Positions 8,793 through 18,970 of a stretch of DNA of 64,000 nt are shown piece by piece (the first letter of the stretch is position 1; each line of letters starts with the position of its first letter). The DNA comes from a bacterium (lineage in GTDB: Bacteria; Bacillota; Clostridia; Christensenellales; UBA3700): contig CAVAVP010000016.1 in the NCBI GenBank assembly GCA_963592135.1, positions 6,126-70,125 of the forward strand. Reading direction: 5' to 3'. The notes under the pieces were generated by a model. That model was given only the letters and a program-made list of their open reading frames with translations, ran no database searches and had not been told where the DNA came from. The position numbers and the translations under genes were made by a program.

Positions 8793-10016
8793 ATGACAAT
8801 TACAGAAGAAAAAAAAATTGAATCAATAGATTACATTTTATCTGAAACAAACAATATAATAAATACATGTGAATCAAGAATTCCAGGCTCTAAAGGAGAA
8901 AATCAAGCACTTGATCATATTATAGAAGAATTAACACCTTTGTGTGGTCAAGGAAATGTTGTAAAACAAAGATTTAAAGTTGCACCTCGTGCATATTTTG
9001 GTTGGACTTATTTTACTATCATTTTTCTAATTTTAGGTATAGGACTATATTACATGACACCAGTTTTTTCTATTTTATGTTATGTAATAGCATTTATTCC
9101 TTTTCTTATAGAATCAGTTCTTCACATACCTTTTTTAGATTCCCTATTTGAGTATGGAACATCTGCAAATGTAATTGGTATGGCTAAACCTAATAGTGAA
9201 ATTAAAAGAAGAATCGTCTTTTCTAGCAACATTGACTCCTCATATGAGTGGCATCTTAATAAAATTGGCGGCTATAAACTAATTCTTGCATTTAGTATAA
9301 TTTCAATTATCGGACTTACCTATTCCCTAGTTATTGCTATTGTTACATGTATTACAAATGGCCCTATAGGCACTCCTAAAGGTATAATATTTTATGCAAG
9401 TTTTGTTTCAATTATATTTATTCCTTTTTATTTATCATTTTTTAAGTTTTGTAATTATAAAAAGGTCTCAGATGGTGCTAATGTAAACTTAGCCACATGT
9501 GAACTTAATATAGCCATACTAAAAACTTTAAAGGAAAACAATATATCCTTAAATACAGAAGTTGATATTTTAATTTTAGGCTCTAAAAACGCTGGAATTC
9601 GTGGCTCTAAAGCTTTTACAAGAATGAATCAAGGCTTTGGCAAAGAAAAAAATATTGAAACTATATTCATAAACTATGATTCTCTTTGTGATGCAAATAA
9701 ATTATCTATATGTAAAAAAGATTTAAATGGGTTAGTTAAAAATAATATAGAGGTTTGTGATTTTGTCCAAAAAACAGCGGAAGATATGAATCTTAATTTA
9801 TCTTATACAACTAAAATTGGAGCAACTGATTCCGCAACTTTTTCAAAAGCAGGGTTAAAATCAATTTCTATTAATGGTGTAAATCTTTCACTTCCAAGAT
9901 ACTACAATACTACAAAAGACACAACAAATACTGTATCTAGAGATTGTTTATCTAAAATGTTAGATTTATCTTTAAAATTAATTGAGAATTTTGATAAAAA
10001 TGGGATTTTAAAATAA
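8793..10016 (+). CDS. M28 peptidase-like polytopic membrane protein, catalytic motifs apparently degenerate
   Basis: The N-terminal IPGSKGENQALDHIIEEL resembles the M28 aminopeptidase N-terminus. GSKNAGIRGS sits where M28 enzymes have the EE-x-G-x-x-GS motif, and GATDSATF where they have SDH-x-x-F. Several TM helices are inserted. The SD AAGGTGGG lies upstream. Confidence 0.45.
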   Translation: MTITEEKKIESIDYILSETNNIINTCESRIPGSKGENQALDHIIEELTPLCGQGNVVKQRFKVAPRAYFGWTYFTIIFLILGIGLYYMTPVFSILCYVIAFIPFLIESVLHIPFLDSLFEYGTSANVIGMAKPNSEIKRRIVFSSNIDSSYEWHLNKIGGYKLILAFSIISIIGLTYSLVIAIVTCITNGPIGTPKGIIFYASFVSIIFIPFYLSFFKFCNYKKVSDGANVNLATCELNIAILKTLKENNISLNTEVDILILGSKNAGIRGSKAFTRMNQGFGKEKNIETIFINYDSLCDANKLSICKKDLNGLVKNNIEVCDFVQKTAEDMNLNLSYTTKIGATDSATFSKAGLKSISINGVNLSLPRYYNTTKDTTNTVSRDCLSKMLDLSLKLIENFDKNGILK

Positions 10017-10022
10017 AATCCC
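10002..10022 (-). terminator. convergent hairpin shared by the deo operon and the M28-like gene
   Basis: GGGATTTT-N5-AAAATCCC overlaps the stop codon of the plus-strand gene. On the minus strand it is followed by CATTTTTATC. Confidence 0.4.
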
Positions 10023-10057
10023 ATAAAATCAATCTTATATCAATTTACATCTATTTA

Positions 10058-11221
10058 TTAAAAATATACATCCTTTAGGAAGCTTTCTCCTTTGGTGTCT
10101 TTTTTGTCTACATTAAAATAATCTAGAATTGTTGCAGAGATATCTGCAAAAGTTCCTCTCGTTTTTAAATCCACTCCGCTTTTTATATGTTTTCCATACA
10201 CAAGCATTGGCACATATTCTCTTGAGTGATCAGTTGATGGTGTAGATGGATCACAACCATGATCTGCTGTTATAAATAAAATGTCATCCTCCCTCATATT
10301 ATTTATAAAGTCTTTTAATTGTATATCAAAGTCGGTAGCAGCATTTGCATATCCATCAATATCATTTCTATGTCCATAAATCATATCCATATCTACAAGG
10401 TTCACAAAACATAAGCCTTCAAAATCTCTCTTTTGAATATTTAAAGTTACCTCCATTCCGTTATGATTAGATGTAGTTCTATTACTTTCACTTATGCTTT
10501 TACCTGCAAATATATCGTAAATTTTTCCAACCGAAATCGTAGCCAAATTATTTTCCATTAATACATCCATCATAGTAGTCTTTGGTGGCACTATTGAAAA
10601 ATCATGTCTATTGGATGTTCTCTTATAAGGCCAATCCCCTGTAAATGGACGAGCTATAACCCTACCTACAGCATGATCTCCTCTTAGTATATTTCTTGCA
10701 ATCTCACAATATTTATATAGATCTTTAACAGGAACATAATCTTCATGAGCTGCTATTTGAAAAACTGAATCTGCTGATGTGTATACAATTAATTCATTAT
10801 TTTCTATAGCGTGTTTTCCATAATCCTTTATAACTTCAGTTCCTGAATAAGGTCTATTTACTATTGCTTTTTTACCAGTTTGTTTTTCAAACTCATCAAT
10901 AATTTCTTTTGGAAAACCATTTGGATAAGTTGGAAAAGGTTTTTCTGAAATTATCCCAGCCATTTCCCAGTGTCCTATTGTTGTATCTTTTCCCATCGAA
11001 GATTCTTGAAGCCTAGCAAATGAGCCCGTTGGATTACTAACTCCACCACCTACGCCTTCTATATTAAAAAGGCCCATATTTATCATGTTAGGACAATTAA
11101 ATTTTGAACTTTTTCTTATTGAGCCTAACGTATTGGAACCCTCATCATTCCAAAGATAAGCATCTGGTGCTTCTCCACAGCCTAAACTATCTAAAACAAT
11201 TATAAATACCCTTTTTGACAT
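10058..11221 (-). CDS. deoB: phosphopentomutase
   Basis: 387 aa with N-terminal VLDSLGCGEAPDA, plus DHGCDP and VDMDMIYGHRND motifs. Confidence 0.93.
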   Translation of the reverse strand: MSKRVFIIVLDSLGCGEAPDAYLWNDEGSNTLGSIRKSSKFNCPNMINMGLFNIEGVGGGVSNPTGSFARLQESSMGKDTTIGHWEMAGIISEKPFPTYPNGFPKEIIDEFEKQTGKKAIVNRPYSGTEVIKDYGKHAIENNELIVYTSADSVFQIAAHEDYVPVKDLYKYCEIARNILRGDHAVGRVIARPFTGDWPYKRTSNRHDFSIVPPKTTMMDVLMENNLATISVGKIYDIFAGKSISESNRTTSNHNGMEVTLNIQKRDFEGLCFVNLVDMDMIYGHRNDIDGYANAATDFDIQLKDFINNMREDDILFITADHGCDPSTPSTDHSREYVPMLVYGKHIKSGVDLKTRGTFADISATILDYFNVDKKDTKGESFLKDVYF

Positions 11222-11228
11222 ATTTTAT

Positions 11229-11933
11229 TTACGCAAGTTCTAGCGCAATCTCCATCATCGTTGTAAAAGTCCTTTCTCTCTCTTGAGGTGTTGTTTCTTT
11301 TTCATCTTTATTTACTATGCTATCGCTAACCGTACATATACAAAGTGCCTTTTTGCCCAATCTTGCTGCATTACAATATAAAGCAGCAGATTCCATCTCA
11401 ACGCCAAGTACTCCCATTTTTGCCCACTCCATTCCGGGGTTTGAATCATCATAGAATGTATCAGAAGATAAAATATTTCCTACCTTATAATTGACACCTT
11501 TTTCTTCACAAAGTTTAACCGCATTTTTAACTAATTCAAAATCAGCAATAGGCGCAAATGTACCTGGAAGTTTATATTGCATTGCATAATTGCCATTTGT
11601 ACATGCTCCCATCGCAATAATTAAATCTTTTATATGTAAATCTTTATCATATGAACCACAAGAACCAATTCTTATAATTTGTTCAACATCATAAAATTTA
11701 AATAGTTCATAAGAATATATACCAATTGAAGGCTGACCCATACCAGAGGCCATAACGGATACTTTTTTGCCTTTGTAGAATCCTGTATATCCATTTACTC
11801 CTCTTACATTGTTAACTAAAACAGCATTCTCTAAATAAGTTTCCGCTATAAACTTTGCACGAAGTGGATCTCCTGGCATTAGAACTGTTCTTGCAAAATC
11901 CCCCTTATTTGCTTCTATATGTGGTGTTGACAT
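11229..11933 (-). CDS. deoD: purine nucleoside phosphorylase (DeoD type)
   Basis: 234 aa with MSTPHI..PGDPLRAKFIAE and GVEMESAALY motifs. Confidence 0.93.
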   Translation of the reverse strand: MSTPHIEANKGDFARTVLMPGDPLRAKFIAETYLENAVLVNNVRGVNGYTGFYKGKKVSVMASGMGQPSIGIYSYELFKFYDVEQIIRIGSCGSYDKDLHIKDLIIAMGACTNGNYAMQYKLPGTFAPIADFELVKNAVKLCEEKGVNYKVGNILSSDTFYDDSNPGMEWAKMGVLGVEMESAALYCNAARLGKKALCICTVSDSIVNKDEKETTPQERERTFTTMMEIALELA

Positions 11934-11936
11934 ACT

Positions 11937-12605
11937 CTATTCTCCTTTCTCTCTATTTTTAACTATTTTTACAATTCTTGATGTTCCTAATCTTGAAGCG
12001 CCAAGCTCAATAAATTTTTCTGCATCTTCTATTGAGGATATGCCACCTGCGGCTTTTATATTTTGATCATTACTACAATATTTTTTCATAAGTGCTACAT
12101 CATCAAAAGTTGCGCCGGCTTTAGAAAATCCAGTTGATGTCTTTATATAATCTGCTTTACTTGCGGACACCGTATGACACATTGCTATCTTTTCTTCTTC
12201 AGTTAATAAACAGGTTTCAATAATAACTTTTAGTATTGCATGATTTTTATGGCATATATCTGCAAGCAAGTCTATCTCATTTCCAACATCTTCATACTTG
12301 CCTTCCTTTACCCAGCCAATATTTATAACCATATCTATCTCACTAGCACCATTTTTTATGGCATCTTTAGTTTCAAATAATTTTACATTTGTTGTGTTAT
12401 AACCATTTGGGAATCCTATAACCGTACATATAGTTATCTTATTTTTTACATAGTCTTTTGCTTGTTTTACAAAACTTGGTGGAATACAAACCGATGCTGT
12501 CTTATATTTTATACCATCATCACAAATCACCTTTATATCTTCCCAAGTTGCACTCTGAGATAATAAGGTATGATCACACTTAGATAAAACTTCTTTAATA
12601 TCCAT
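11937..12605 (-). CDS. deoC: deoxyribose-phosphate aldolase
   Basis: 222 aa with [14 protein letters not shown] and IKTSTGF (Schiff-base Lys region). Confidence 0.92.
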   Translation of the reverse strand: MDIKEVLSKCDHTLLSQSATWEDIKVICDDGIKYKTASVCIPPSFVKQAKDYVKNKITICTVIGFPNGYNTTNVKLFETKDAIKNGASEIDMVINIGWVKEGKYEDVGNEIDLLADICHKNHAILKVIIETCLLTEEEKIAMCHTVSASKADYIKTSTGFSKAGATFDDVALMKKYCSNDQNIKAAGGISSIEDAEKFIELGASRLGTSRIVKIVKNREKGE

Positions 12606-12614
12606 AAATTCTCC

Positions 12615-13916
12615 CTACTTTACAATACTAAGAATAAGCGGCCTTTGTATAGGCTTTTCACTACTTATAATTGTAGCATTAATTATTTTCTCTTCAGCAA
12701 GATTAAACTTATCCTCACTTGATGTATACATTGTAGCAATAATATCACCCTCGTTTACATAATCCCCCGTCTTTTTATTTAAGATTATTCCAGCAGATGG
12801 ATCTATTTTATCTTCCTTTTTATTTCTACCAGCACCAAGAAGCAAACTTGCCATTCCATACTCTTCGGTATTTACATGATTTATATAACCACTCTTTTTA
12901 GATTTAATATCCTTTATAAATGGTGCTTTTTTAAAGTTGTTTACATCTAGAATAACACTTTCATCCCCACCTTGAGCTTTTACCATTTCAACAAATTTAT
13001 TAAATGCGCTTCCATCTTTAATAGATTGCTTTACTTTTGCTTTACACTTCTCGTATGAGCCAATTTTGGCAAGTTCTAGCATGTTTGTTGCTAAAATAAC
13101 ACAAATATCTTCTAAATCTTTTGGCCCATTTCCTTTAAGCGTATTTACTGCCTCAATGACTTCAAGTGAGTTTCCTATAGCATTGCCAAGTGGTCTATCC
13201 ATATCTGTTATAAGTGCAAGCATCTCTTTACCTGCTTTTTTACCAATATCTACCATTATTTGTGCAAGGGTTTTAGAATCCTCTAAAGTTTTACATAATG
13301 CACCCGAGCCTGTTTTTACATCTAAAACAATACAATCATCATCAGCAGCCAATTTCTTACCCATAATACTAGAAACAATAAGTGGCACGGAATCAACTGT
13401 TGCTGTAACATCCCGAAGTGCATAAAGTTTTTTATCCGCTGGAGTTAATTCTTTATTTTGTCCAACTATTGCTATACATGTTTTGTTTACGATATTTATA
13501 AAGTCTTTTTCGAGTATATCTGTTTTAAATCCCGGAATAGATTCAAGCTTATCTATTGTACCACCAGTATGACCAAGTCCACGCCCACTCATCTTGGCTA
13601 CTTTAACACCTAAAGAGGCAACGATTGGGGAAATAACTAAAGAAGTTTTATCCCCAACGCCCCCTGTTGAGTGTTTATCTACTCTAATTCCATTAACTTC
13701 TTTTAAATCAAGTTTAACGCCCGAGTCTCGAACTGCAAAAGTTAAGTTTGTCATTTCTTTTAAAGTCATTCCTTTAAAATAAATAGCCATACATAAAGCA
13801 GAAGCTTGATAATCTGGAATAGTTTCATCAACATAGCCTTTTATAAAAAAGTCTATTTCTTCTTTTGTAAGTTCTTCTCCATCTCTTTTTTTACGAATAA
13901 TATCGTACATTCTCAT
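12615..13916 (-). CDS. pdp: pyrimidine-nucleoside phosphorylase
   Basis: 433 aa with MRMYDIIRKKRDG, DKHSTGGVGDK and TGRGLGHTGGT-like motifs. Confidence 0.93.
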   Translation of the reverse strand: MRMYDIIRKKRDGEELTKEEIDFFIKGYVDETIPDYQASALCMAIYFKGMTLKEMTNLTFAVRDSGVKLDLKEVNGIRVDKHSTGGVGDKTSLVISPIVASLGVKVAKMSGRGLGHTGGTIDKLESIPGFKTDILEKDFINIVNKTCIAIVGQNKELTPADKKLYALRDVTATVDSVPLIVSSIMGKKLAADDDCIVLDVKTGSGALCKTLEDSKTLAQIMVDIGKKAGKEMLALITDMDRPLGNAIGNSLEVIEAVNTLKGNGPKDLEDICVILATNMLELAKIGSYEKCKAKVKQSIKDGSAFNKFVEMVKAQGGDESVILDVNNFKKAPFIKDIKSKKSGYINHVNTEEYGMASLLLGAGRNKKEDKIDPSAGIILNKKTGDYVNEGDIIATMYTSSEDKFNLAEEKIINATIISSEKPIQRPLILSIVK

Positions 13917-14096
13917 AATAATCCCTCTATTATGTATTATATAATTTTTTATTTTAAATTAAAAGAAAGACGTTTTTCATTTAACAACCACAATATGTTG
14001 TATTTTTTAAGATTTATTAAATAATTTTTACACAATATCTTGTTTTTTATGAATTATTTAATAATCATTTAATAAAACTCCTGTAATATAAAGGTG

Positions 14097-14274
14097 TCAA
14101 AAATAAAGAAAAACTTTTAGAACAATCCCCTGATGAAGGATGTGCAACCTAACATCAGGGATGTCTCCAAAGAGGAATTAGAAAACTTTTAGATGACTAC
14201 AAGGGAGTTGTGCCCCAAGTAGAAGTCTCCAAATATAAATGAAATACAGGAACGAGTGATGCCGTTCCTTTTTT
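14097..14274 (+). ncRNA. candidate orphan small RNA: two tandem hairpin modules plus an intrinsic terminator
   Basis: The flanks are duplicated: AAACTTTTAGA at 14111 and 14183, GTCTCCAAA at 14163 and 14225. Each pair brackets a hairpin (CCCTGATG/CATCAGGG, and CTAC..GGG/CCC..GTAG). A terminator follows at 14248-14274 (AGGAACG-N8-CGTTCCT plus a T run). A possible extended -10, TGTAATAT, lies at about 14082-14089. No SD-preceded ORF is present, and all flanking genes are on the opposite strand. Confidence 0.45.
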
Positions 14275-14280
14275 CATGGT

Positions 14281-14323
14281 AAAAAAAATAGAGACCTTCA
14301 AGTTTTTTCCTTAAAAGTCTCTA
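14281..14323 (-). terminator. glyA terminator
   Basis: Stem TAGAGAC/GTCTCTA (14289-14295 / 14317-14323) is followed on the minus strand by T8. The loop is rather large at 21 nt. Confidence 0.5.
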
Positions 14324-14343
14324 ATAAATTTTTATTTAATAAC

Positions 14344-15600
14344 TTATCTTATAATATCATTTTCATACAATGGATATTTTTCGCAAAGTTCTACTACTTT
14401 CTTTGTACATCTCTCAACGGCTGCTTCTCCATTATCAATTAAGTCTGCAATACAATCAGCAATGACAATCATATCATCTTCTTTCATCCCTCTTGCAGTA
14501 ACTGCTGGGGTTCCAATTCTAATACCACTTGTAACAAAAGGTTTTTGAGTATCAAATGGTATGGCATTCTTATTAGCGGTAATATGAGCTGCATCAAGTA
14601 AAGCTTCAATTTCTTTACCTGTTTTACCTTTTTTAGTTAAATCAACAAGCATTAAATGATTATCTGTGCCACCAGATACTAAATCTATTCCTCTTTCAAG
14701 AAGTGCTTCAGATAAAACTTTAGCATTCTTTACAATTTGTTGTTGATAAGCTTTAAATTCAGGTGTTAATGCTTCCTTTAGAGCAACTGCTTTAGCGGCT
14801 ATAATATGCATCAATGGACCACCTTGTGTTCCTGGGAAAATTGCTTTATTTATCTTTAGGAATAGTTCTTCATCATTAGTTAAAATTAATCCACCTCTTG
14901 GGCCACGTAATGTTTTATGAGTAGTTGTTGTAACAACATCAGCAACTCCGACTGGACTTGGATGGCAGCCCGCAGCAACAAGTCCTGCAATATGAGCCAT
15001 ATCTACCATTAAATAAGCACCAACTTTGTTTGCTATCTCTTTAAATCTCTTAAAGTCTATAATTCTTGGATAAGCAGAAGCTCCTGCTAAAATTAATTTT
15101 GGTTTACACTCAAGTGCAATTCTTTCAACTTCATCATAGTCTATCATACATGTTTCCTTGCTTACTTCGTATGGAACAATATTAAAATATTTTCCGGAAA
15201 TATTTACTGGACTACCATGAGATAAATGTCCGCCGTGAGCAAGAGACATAGATAAAACAGTATCACCTGGTTGTAACAAAGCAAAAAATACTGCAAGATT
15301 TGCATTTGCACCAGAGTGAGGTTGAACATTAGCATATTTTGCTCCAAATAATTCACAAGCTCTATTTCTAGCTAGATCTTCAACAATATCAATATATTGA
15401 CATCCACCATAATATCTTTTACCTGGATATCCTTCAGCATATTTGTTTGTTAAATGAGAACCCATTGCGGCCATAACTGCAGGTGAAACTATATTTTCAC
15501 TAGCTATAAGCTCAATATTATGTTGTTGTCTTGCTAATTCTTTTTCAAAAGCATCAACAATCTCTGGATCTGTTGCTTTAATTGTCTTAAAGTCTATCAT
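14344..15600 (-). CDS. glyA: serine hydroxymethyltransferase
   Basis: 418 aa with [14 protein letters not shown] (PLP Lys) and ELIASEN. The SD GGAGGT lies upstream. Confidence 0.96.
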   Translation of the reverse strand: MIDFKTIKATDPEIVDAFEKELARQQHNIELIASENIVSPAVMAAMGSHLTNKYAEGYPGKRYYGGCQYIDIVEDLARNRACELFGAKYANVQPHSGANANLAVFFALLQPGDTVLSMSLAHGGHLSHGSPVNISGKYFNIVPYEVSKETCMIDYDEVERIALECKPKLILAGASAYPRIIDFKRFKEIANKVGAYLMVDMAHIAGLVAAGCHPSPVGVADVVTTTTHKTLRGPRGGLILTNDEELFLKINKAIFPGTQGGPLMHIIAAKAVALKEALTPEFKAYQQQIVKNAKVLSEALLERGIDLVSGGTDNHLMLVDLTKKGKTGKEIEALLDAAHITANKNAIPFDTQKPFVTSGIRIGTPAVTARGMKEDDMIVIADCIADLIDNGEAAVERCTKKVVELCEKYPLYENDIIR

Positions 15601-15611
15601 GAAATTACCTC

Positions 15612-15917
15612 CTAAATATTTTTATTTATAAATTCTTTTAATTCGGCTAAGTCTAAATATCCTACAGACTTATCTATTATTTTACCATTTTTGAAAACTC
15701 CTAAATATGGCACAGCTTGAATATTGTAAGACATTGCAATATCTAAAGCTTCATCAATATTTAATTTACCACATTCTATTAAACCTTCTTCACTTACCTT
15801 CTCTACATTTGGTGCCAACATTTTGCAAGGTCCACACCAAGATGCATAAAAGTCTACTAAAACTAAATCTTTATTTATAAAGTCATTAAAGTTTTCAGAA
15901 TTTAATATCTCTACCAT
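15612..15917 (-). CDS. trxA: thioredoxin
   Basis: Active site WCGPCK is present. I place the start at the ATG at 15917 (MVEILN), which has GAGGAA 5 nt upstream. The track's 15929 start is a GTG inside aspS. Confidence 0.9.
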   Translation of the reverse strand: MVEILNSENFNDFINKDLVLVDFYASWCGPCKMLAPNVEKVSEEGLIECGKLNIDEALDIAMSYNIQAVPYLGVFKNGKIIDKSVGYLDLAELKEFINKNI

Positions 15918-15918
15918 A

Positions 15919-17703
15919 TTATTCCTCACACTTAATTTTTAAATCTTTTAATTGTTGTTGATCAACCTCTGATGGAGCATCACTCATTAAACATGAAGCG
16001 TTTTGAACTTTAGGGAATGCAATAACATCTTTAATGTTGTCAATTTGACCACAAAGCATTGTCATTCTGTCTAATCCAAATGCTAACCCGCCATGAGGAG
16101 GTGCGCCATACTTGAAGGCGTCAACAAAGAATCCAAACTTAACTTTTATTTGTTCTTCTGTTAATCCAATTAAACTAAATATCTTTTCTTGTAATTTTGG
16201 ATTGTGAATTCTTACTGATCCACCGCCAGCTTCTTGTCCGTTAATTACCATATCGTAAGCATTTGACCTAACACTTAGTGGATCCGTGTCCAATAATGGA
16301 TAATCTTCAACCATTGGAGCAGTAAAAGGATGGTGCATAGCAACTAATCTTTGTTCTTCTTCACTCCACTCAAACATTGGGAATTCTGTAATCCATAAGA
16401 AATCATATGTAGATTTATCATATAAATTGTATTTATTTGCAATCTCACAACGAAGTGCTCCTAAAGAGTTAAATGTTACATTTGCTTTATCTGAAGCTAC
16501 AAAGAATAATACATCTCCAACCTCTGCATTTAACTTTTGCATAATTGCATTCTTTTCATCCTCACTTAAGAACTTAAAGAACGATGATGTAACTCCATCT
16601 TCCTTTACCATAGCCCATGCAAGGCCTTTAGCTCCATATGTTTTAACGAACTCGCCATAAGCATCCATATCTTTTCTTGTCATCTTTGAAGCTAAACCTT
16701 TAGCATTAATAGCACGAACTGCACCACCTGCGTTTACGGCATTTGCAAACACTCCAAATCCACAATTTTTAACAATATCAGACAAGTTATTAAGCTCTAA
16801 ACCATATCTTGTATCAGGCTTATCACTACCCCATCTTTCCATTGCTTCTTTCCATGTAATTCTTCTAAATTGACCATCAAACTTACAACCACAACATTCA
16901 CTGAATACTTTTTTAACCAAACCTTCAGCTACTCCCATAACATCTTCACAAGATTCTACGTAACTCATTTCCATATCTATTTGAGTAAATTCTGGTTGTC
17001 TATTAGCTCTTAAGTCTTCATCTCTAAAGCATCTTGCTATTTGATAATATCTATCCATACCTGCAATCATTAATAATTGCTTATAAATTTGTGGAGATTG
17101 AGGTAATGCGTAAAACTCACCTGGGTGTACACGAGATGGAACTAAATAATCTCTAGCGCCTTCTGGTGTTGATTTTCCTAAACATGGAGTTTCAATATCT
17201 AAAAACTCATTGTCTGCTAAATAGTTTCTTACAATGTGAGTAATCTTATTTCTTAAAACCAATGCATTTTGAAGTGATGGTCTTCTTAAATCAAGATATC
17301 TATATTTTAATCTTAGATTTTCATTAACATTTACATCATCTTTAATTTCAAAAGGTGTTGTCTCAGCTTCAGATAAAATCTTTAACTCTGTAGCTAAAAT
17401 TTCAATTTCACCTGTTGGAAGTGTTTTATTAATATTTGTTCCTCTAGATCTTACAGTTCCTGTGATTGCAACTACATATTCTGTACGAAGTGTTGTAGCC
17501 TTTTCAAAAACGGCCTTATCTACTTTGTCATCAAATGCTACTTGTACTAATCCTGAGATATCTCTTACATCAATAAATACTAGACTTCCTAAATTTCTAT
17601 ATTTAGCAACAAAGCCCATTACAGTAACGATTTTACCTTCGTCACTTCCTCTTAATACACCACACTTGTGTGTTCTTTTTGTACTACCTAAATTGTCTAT
17701 CAT
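15919..17703 (-). CDS. aspS: aspartate--tRNA ligase
   Basis: 594 aa, class II. Motifs are FRDEDLRANRQPEFTQIDME and GGLAFGLDR. Confidence 0.96.
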   Translation of the reverse strand: MIDNLGSTKRTHKCGVLRGSDEGKIVTVMGFVAKYRNLGSLVFIDVRDISGLVQVAFDDKVDKAVFEKATTLRTEYVVAITGTVRSRGTNINKTLPTGEIEILATELKILSEAETTPFEIKDDVNVNENLRLKYRYLDLRRPSLQNALVLRNKITHIVRNYLADNEFLDIETPCLGKSTPEGARDYLVPSRVHPGEFYALPQSPQIYKQLLMIAGMDRYYQIARCFRDEDLRANRQPEFTQIDMEMSYVESCEDVMGVAEGLVKKVFSECCGCKFDGQFRRITWKEAMERWGSDKPDTRYGLELNNLSDIVKNCGFGVFANAVNAGGAVRAINAKGLASKMTRKDMDAYGEFVKTYGAKGLAWAMVKEDGVTSSFFKFLSEDEKNAIMQKLNAEVGDVLFFVASDKANVTFNSLGALRCEIANKYNLYDKSTYDFLWITEFPMFEWSEEEQRLVAMHHPFTAPMVEDYPLLDTDPLSVRSNAYDMVINGQEAGGGSVRIHNPKLQEKIFSLIGLTEEQIKVKFGFFVDAFKYGAPPHGGLAFGLDRMTMLCGQIDNIKDVIAFPKVQNASCLMSDAPSEVDQQQLKDLKIKCEE

Positions 17704-17712
17704 ATTTTGCCT

Positions 17713-18960
17713 CTACTTAAAGTATTGTACTAATTTATCTAAATCAATTGATGATTGTTCACCACTTGACATATTTTTAATATTAACTTTGTTATTTTGT
17801 ATTTCATCATCACCTAAAACAATTAAGTTTTTAGCAGAGATTTTATCTGCGTATTTCATTTGTGCTTTAAATGATCTATCCATTAAATCTATATCAGTGC
17901 TAACACCGGCGCTTCTTAGACTTTGCGCCATTTGCATTACTATATCCTTAGCCTTATCTCCCATTGGAATAATGTATAAATCTGGAACTTCCTCATCTCC
18001 AACAGATAAACCTAATGCTTCTAGGGTTAGTATTAGTCTTTCAAGTCCCATTCCAAAGCCTACTGCTGGAGTTGGTTTTCCACCAACTTCTTCAACAAGG
18101 TTGTTATATCTACCACCGCCACAAACAGTACCTTGAGCGCCAATGTTATTTGAAACAAATTCGAAGACCGTTCTTGTATAGTAGTCTAAGCCTCTAACAA
18201 TATGTGGATTTACTACATAATCTATCTTTAATTTATCTAATTCTTTAATAACATTTTCATGATGTGCTTTACAATCATCACATAAATAATCTAGTACTAT
18301 CGGAGCTTTCGCTGCAATATTTTTGCAATGTTCAACTTTGCAATCCAAAATTCTTAATGGATTCTTTTCAAATCTTTCGCGACATGTTTCGCAAAGTTCA
18401 TCTAGTTTTGAACTAAAGTATTCCTTTAGCGCTTTATTATATCTTTTCCTGCACTCTGGGCATCCAATACTATTTATATTTAATGTTAAGTTTTTAATAC
18501 CTAATTTATCAAAAATAGATTTAGCAACCATCATTACTTCAACATCTGCCATGTACGATGCGGAGCCATAATATTCTATACCAAATTGGTGATGTTCACG
18601 AAGTCTTCCTGCTTGTGGTTTTTCGTATCTAAAAACTGGTGTTATATAGAACATCTTCGTTGGTTGTGGATTATTATATAACGCATTTTCAATAAAAGAA
18701 CGAGCAACACCTGCTGTTCCCTCTGGCTTTAATGTAATGCTTCTTTCTCCTTTATCTAAGAAAGTATACATTTCCTTATTTACTATATCTGTTGTATCAC
18801 CAACACCTCTTAAGAAAAGCTCTGTATGTTCAAAAACTGGGGTTCTAATTTCTTTAATGTTAAAACTCTTTGCAACATCTTTAACAACTTTTTCTACATA
18901 GTGCCACTTATATGATTCTTGTGGTAATACATCTTTTGTACCCTTAGGTATATTTATCAT
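17713..18960 (-). CDS. hisS: histidine--tRNA ligase
   Basis: 415 aa with FRYEKPQAGRLREHHQFG and GGGRYNNL motifs. Confidence 0.95.
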   Translation of the reverse strand: MINIPKGTKDVLPQESYKWHYVEKVVKDVAKSFNIKEIRTPVFEHTELFLRGVGDTTDIVNKEMYTFLDKGERSITLKPEGTAGVARSFIENALYNNPQPTKMFYITPVFRYEKPQAGRLREHHQFGIEYYGSASYMADVEVMMVAKSIFDKLGIKNLTLNINSIGCPECRKRYNKALKEYFSSKLDELCETCRERFEKNPLRILDCKVEHCKNIAAKAPIVLDYLCDDCKAHHENVIKELDKLKIDYVVNPHIVRGLDYYTRTVFEFVSNNIGAQGTVCGGGRYNNLVEEVGGKPTPAVGFGMGLERLILTLEALGLSVGDEEVPDLYIIPMGDKAKDIVMQMAQSLRSAGVSTDIDLMDRSFKAQMKYADKISAKNLIVLGDDEIQNNKVNIKNMSSGEQSSIDLDKLVQYFK

Positions 18961-18970
18961 CTTGTGCCTC

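Noticed and set aside
14132-14191. Tiny ORFs inside the candidate sRNA: MKDVQPNIRDVSKEELENF (14132-14191) and MTTRELCPK (14192-14221).
   Set aside because: There is no SD before either ATG. The ORFs run through the hairpin stems. The duplicated flanks are conserved at the nucleotide level rather than at the codon level.
14111-14233. The tandem two-domain RNA next to glyA looked like a possible glycine riboswitch. GUCUCCAAAGAGGAAU also resembles a PyrR-binding loop (UCCAGAGAGG).
   Set aside because: The element is on the opposite strand from glyA and pdp, with no downstream plus-strand gene. The glycine-aptamer core (GGAGAG...ACCGAAGGGGCAA...) is not present. The PyrR resemblance is partial, occurs in only one of the two copies, and has no pyr gene context. 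I kept it as an unclassified sRNA candidate instead.
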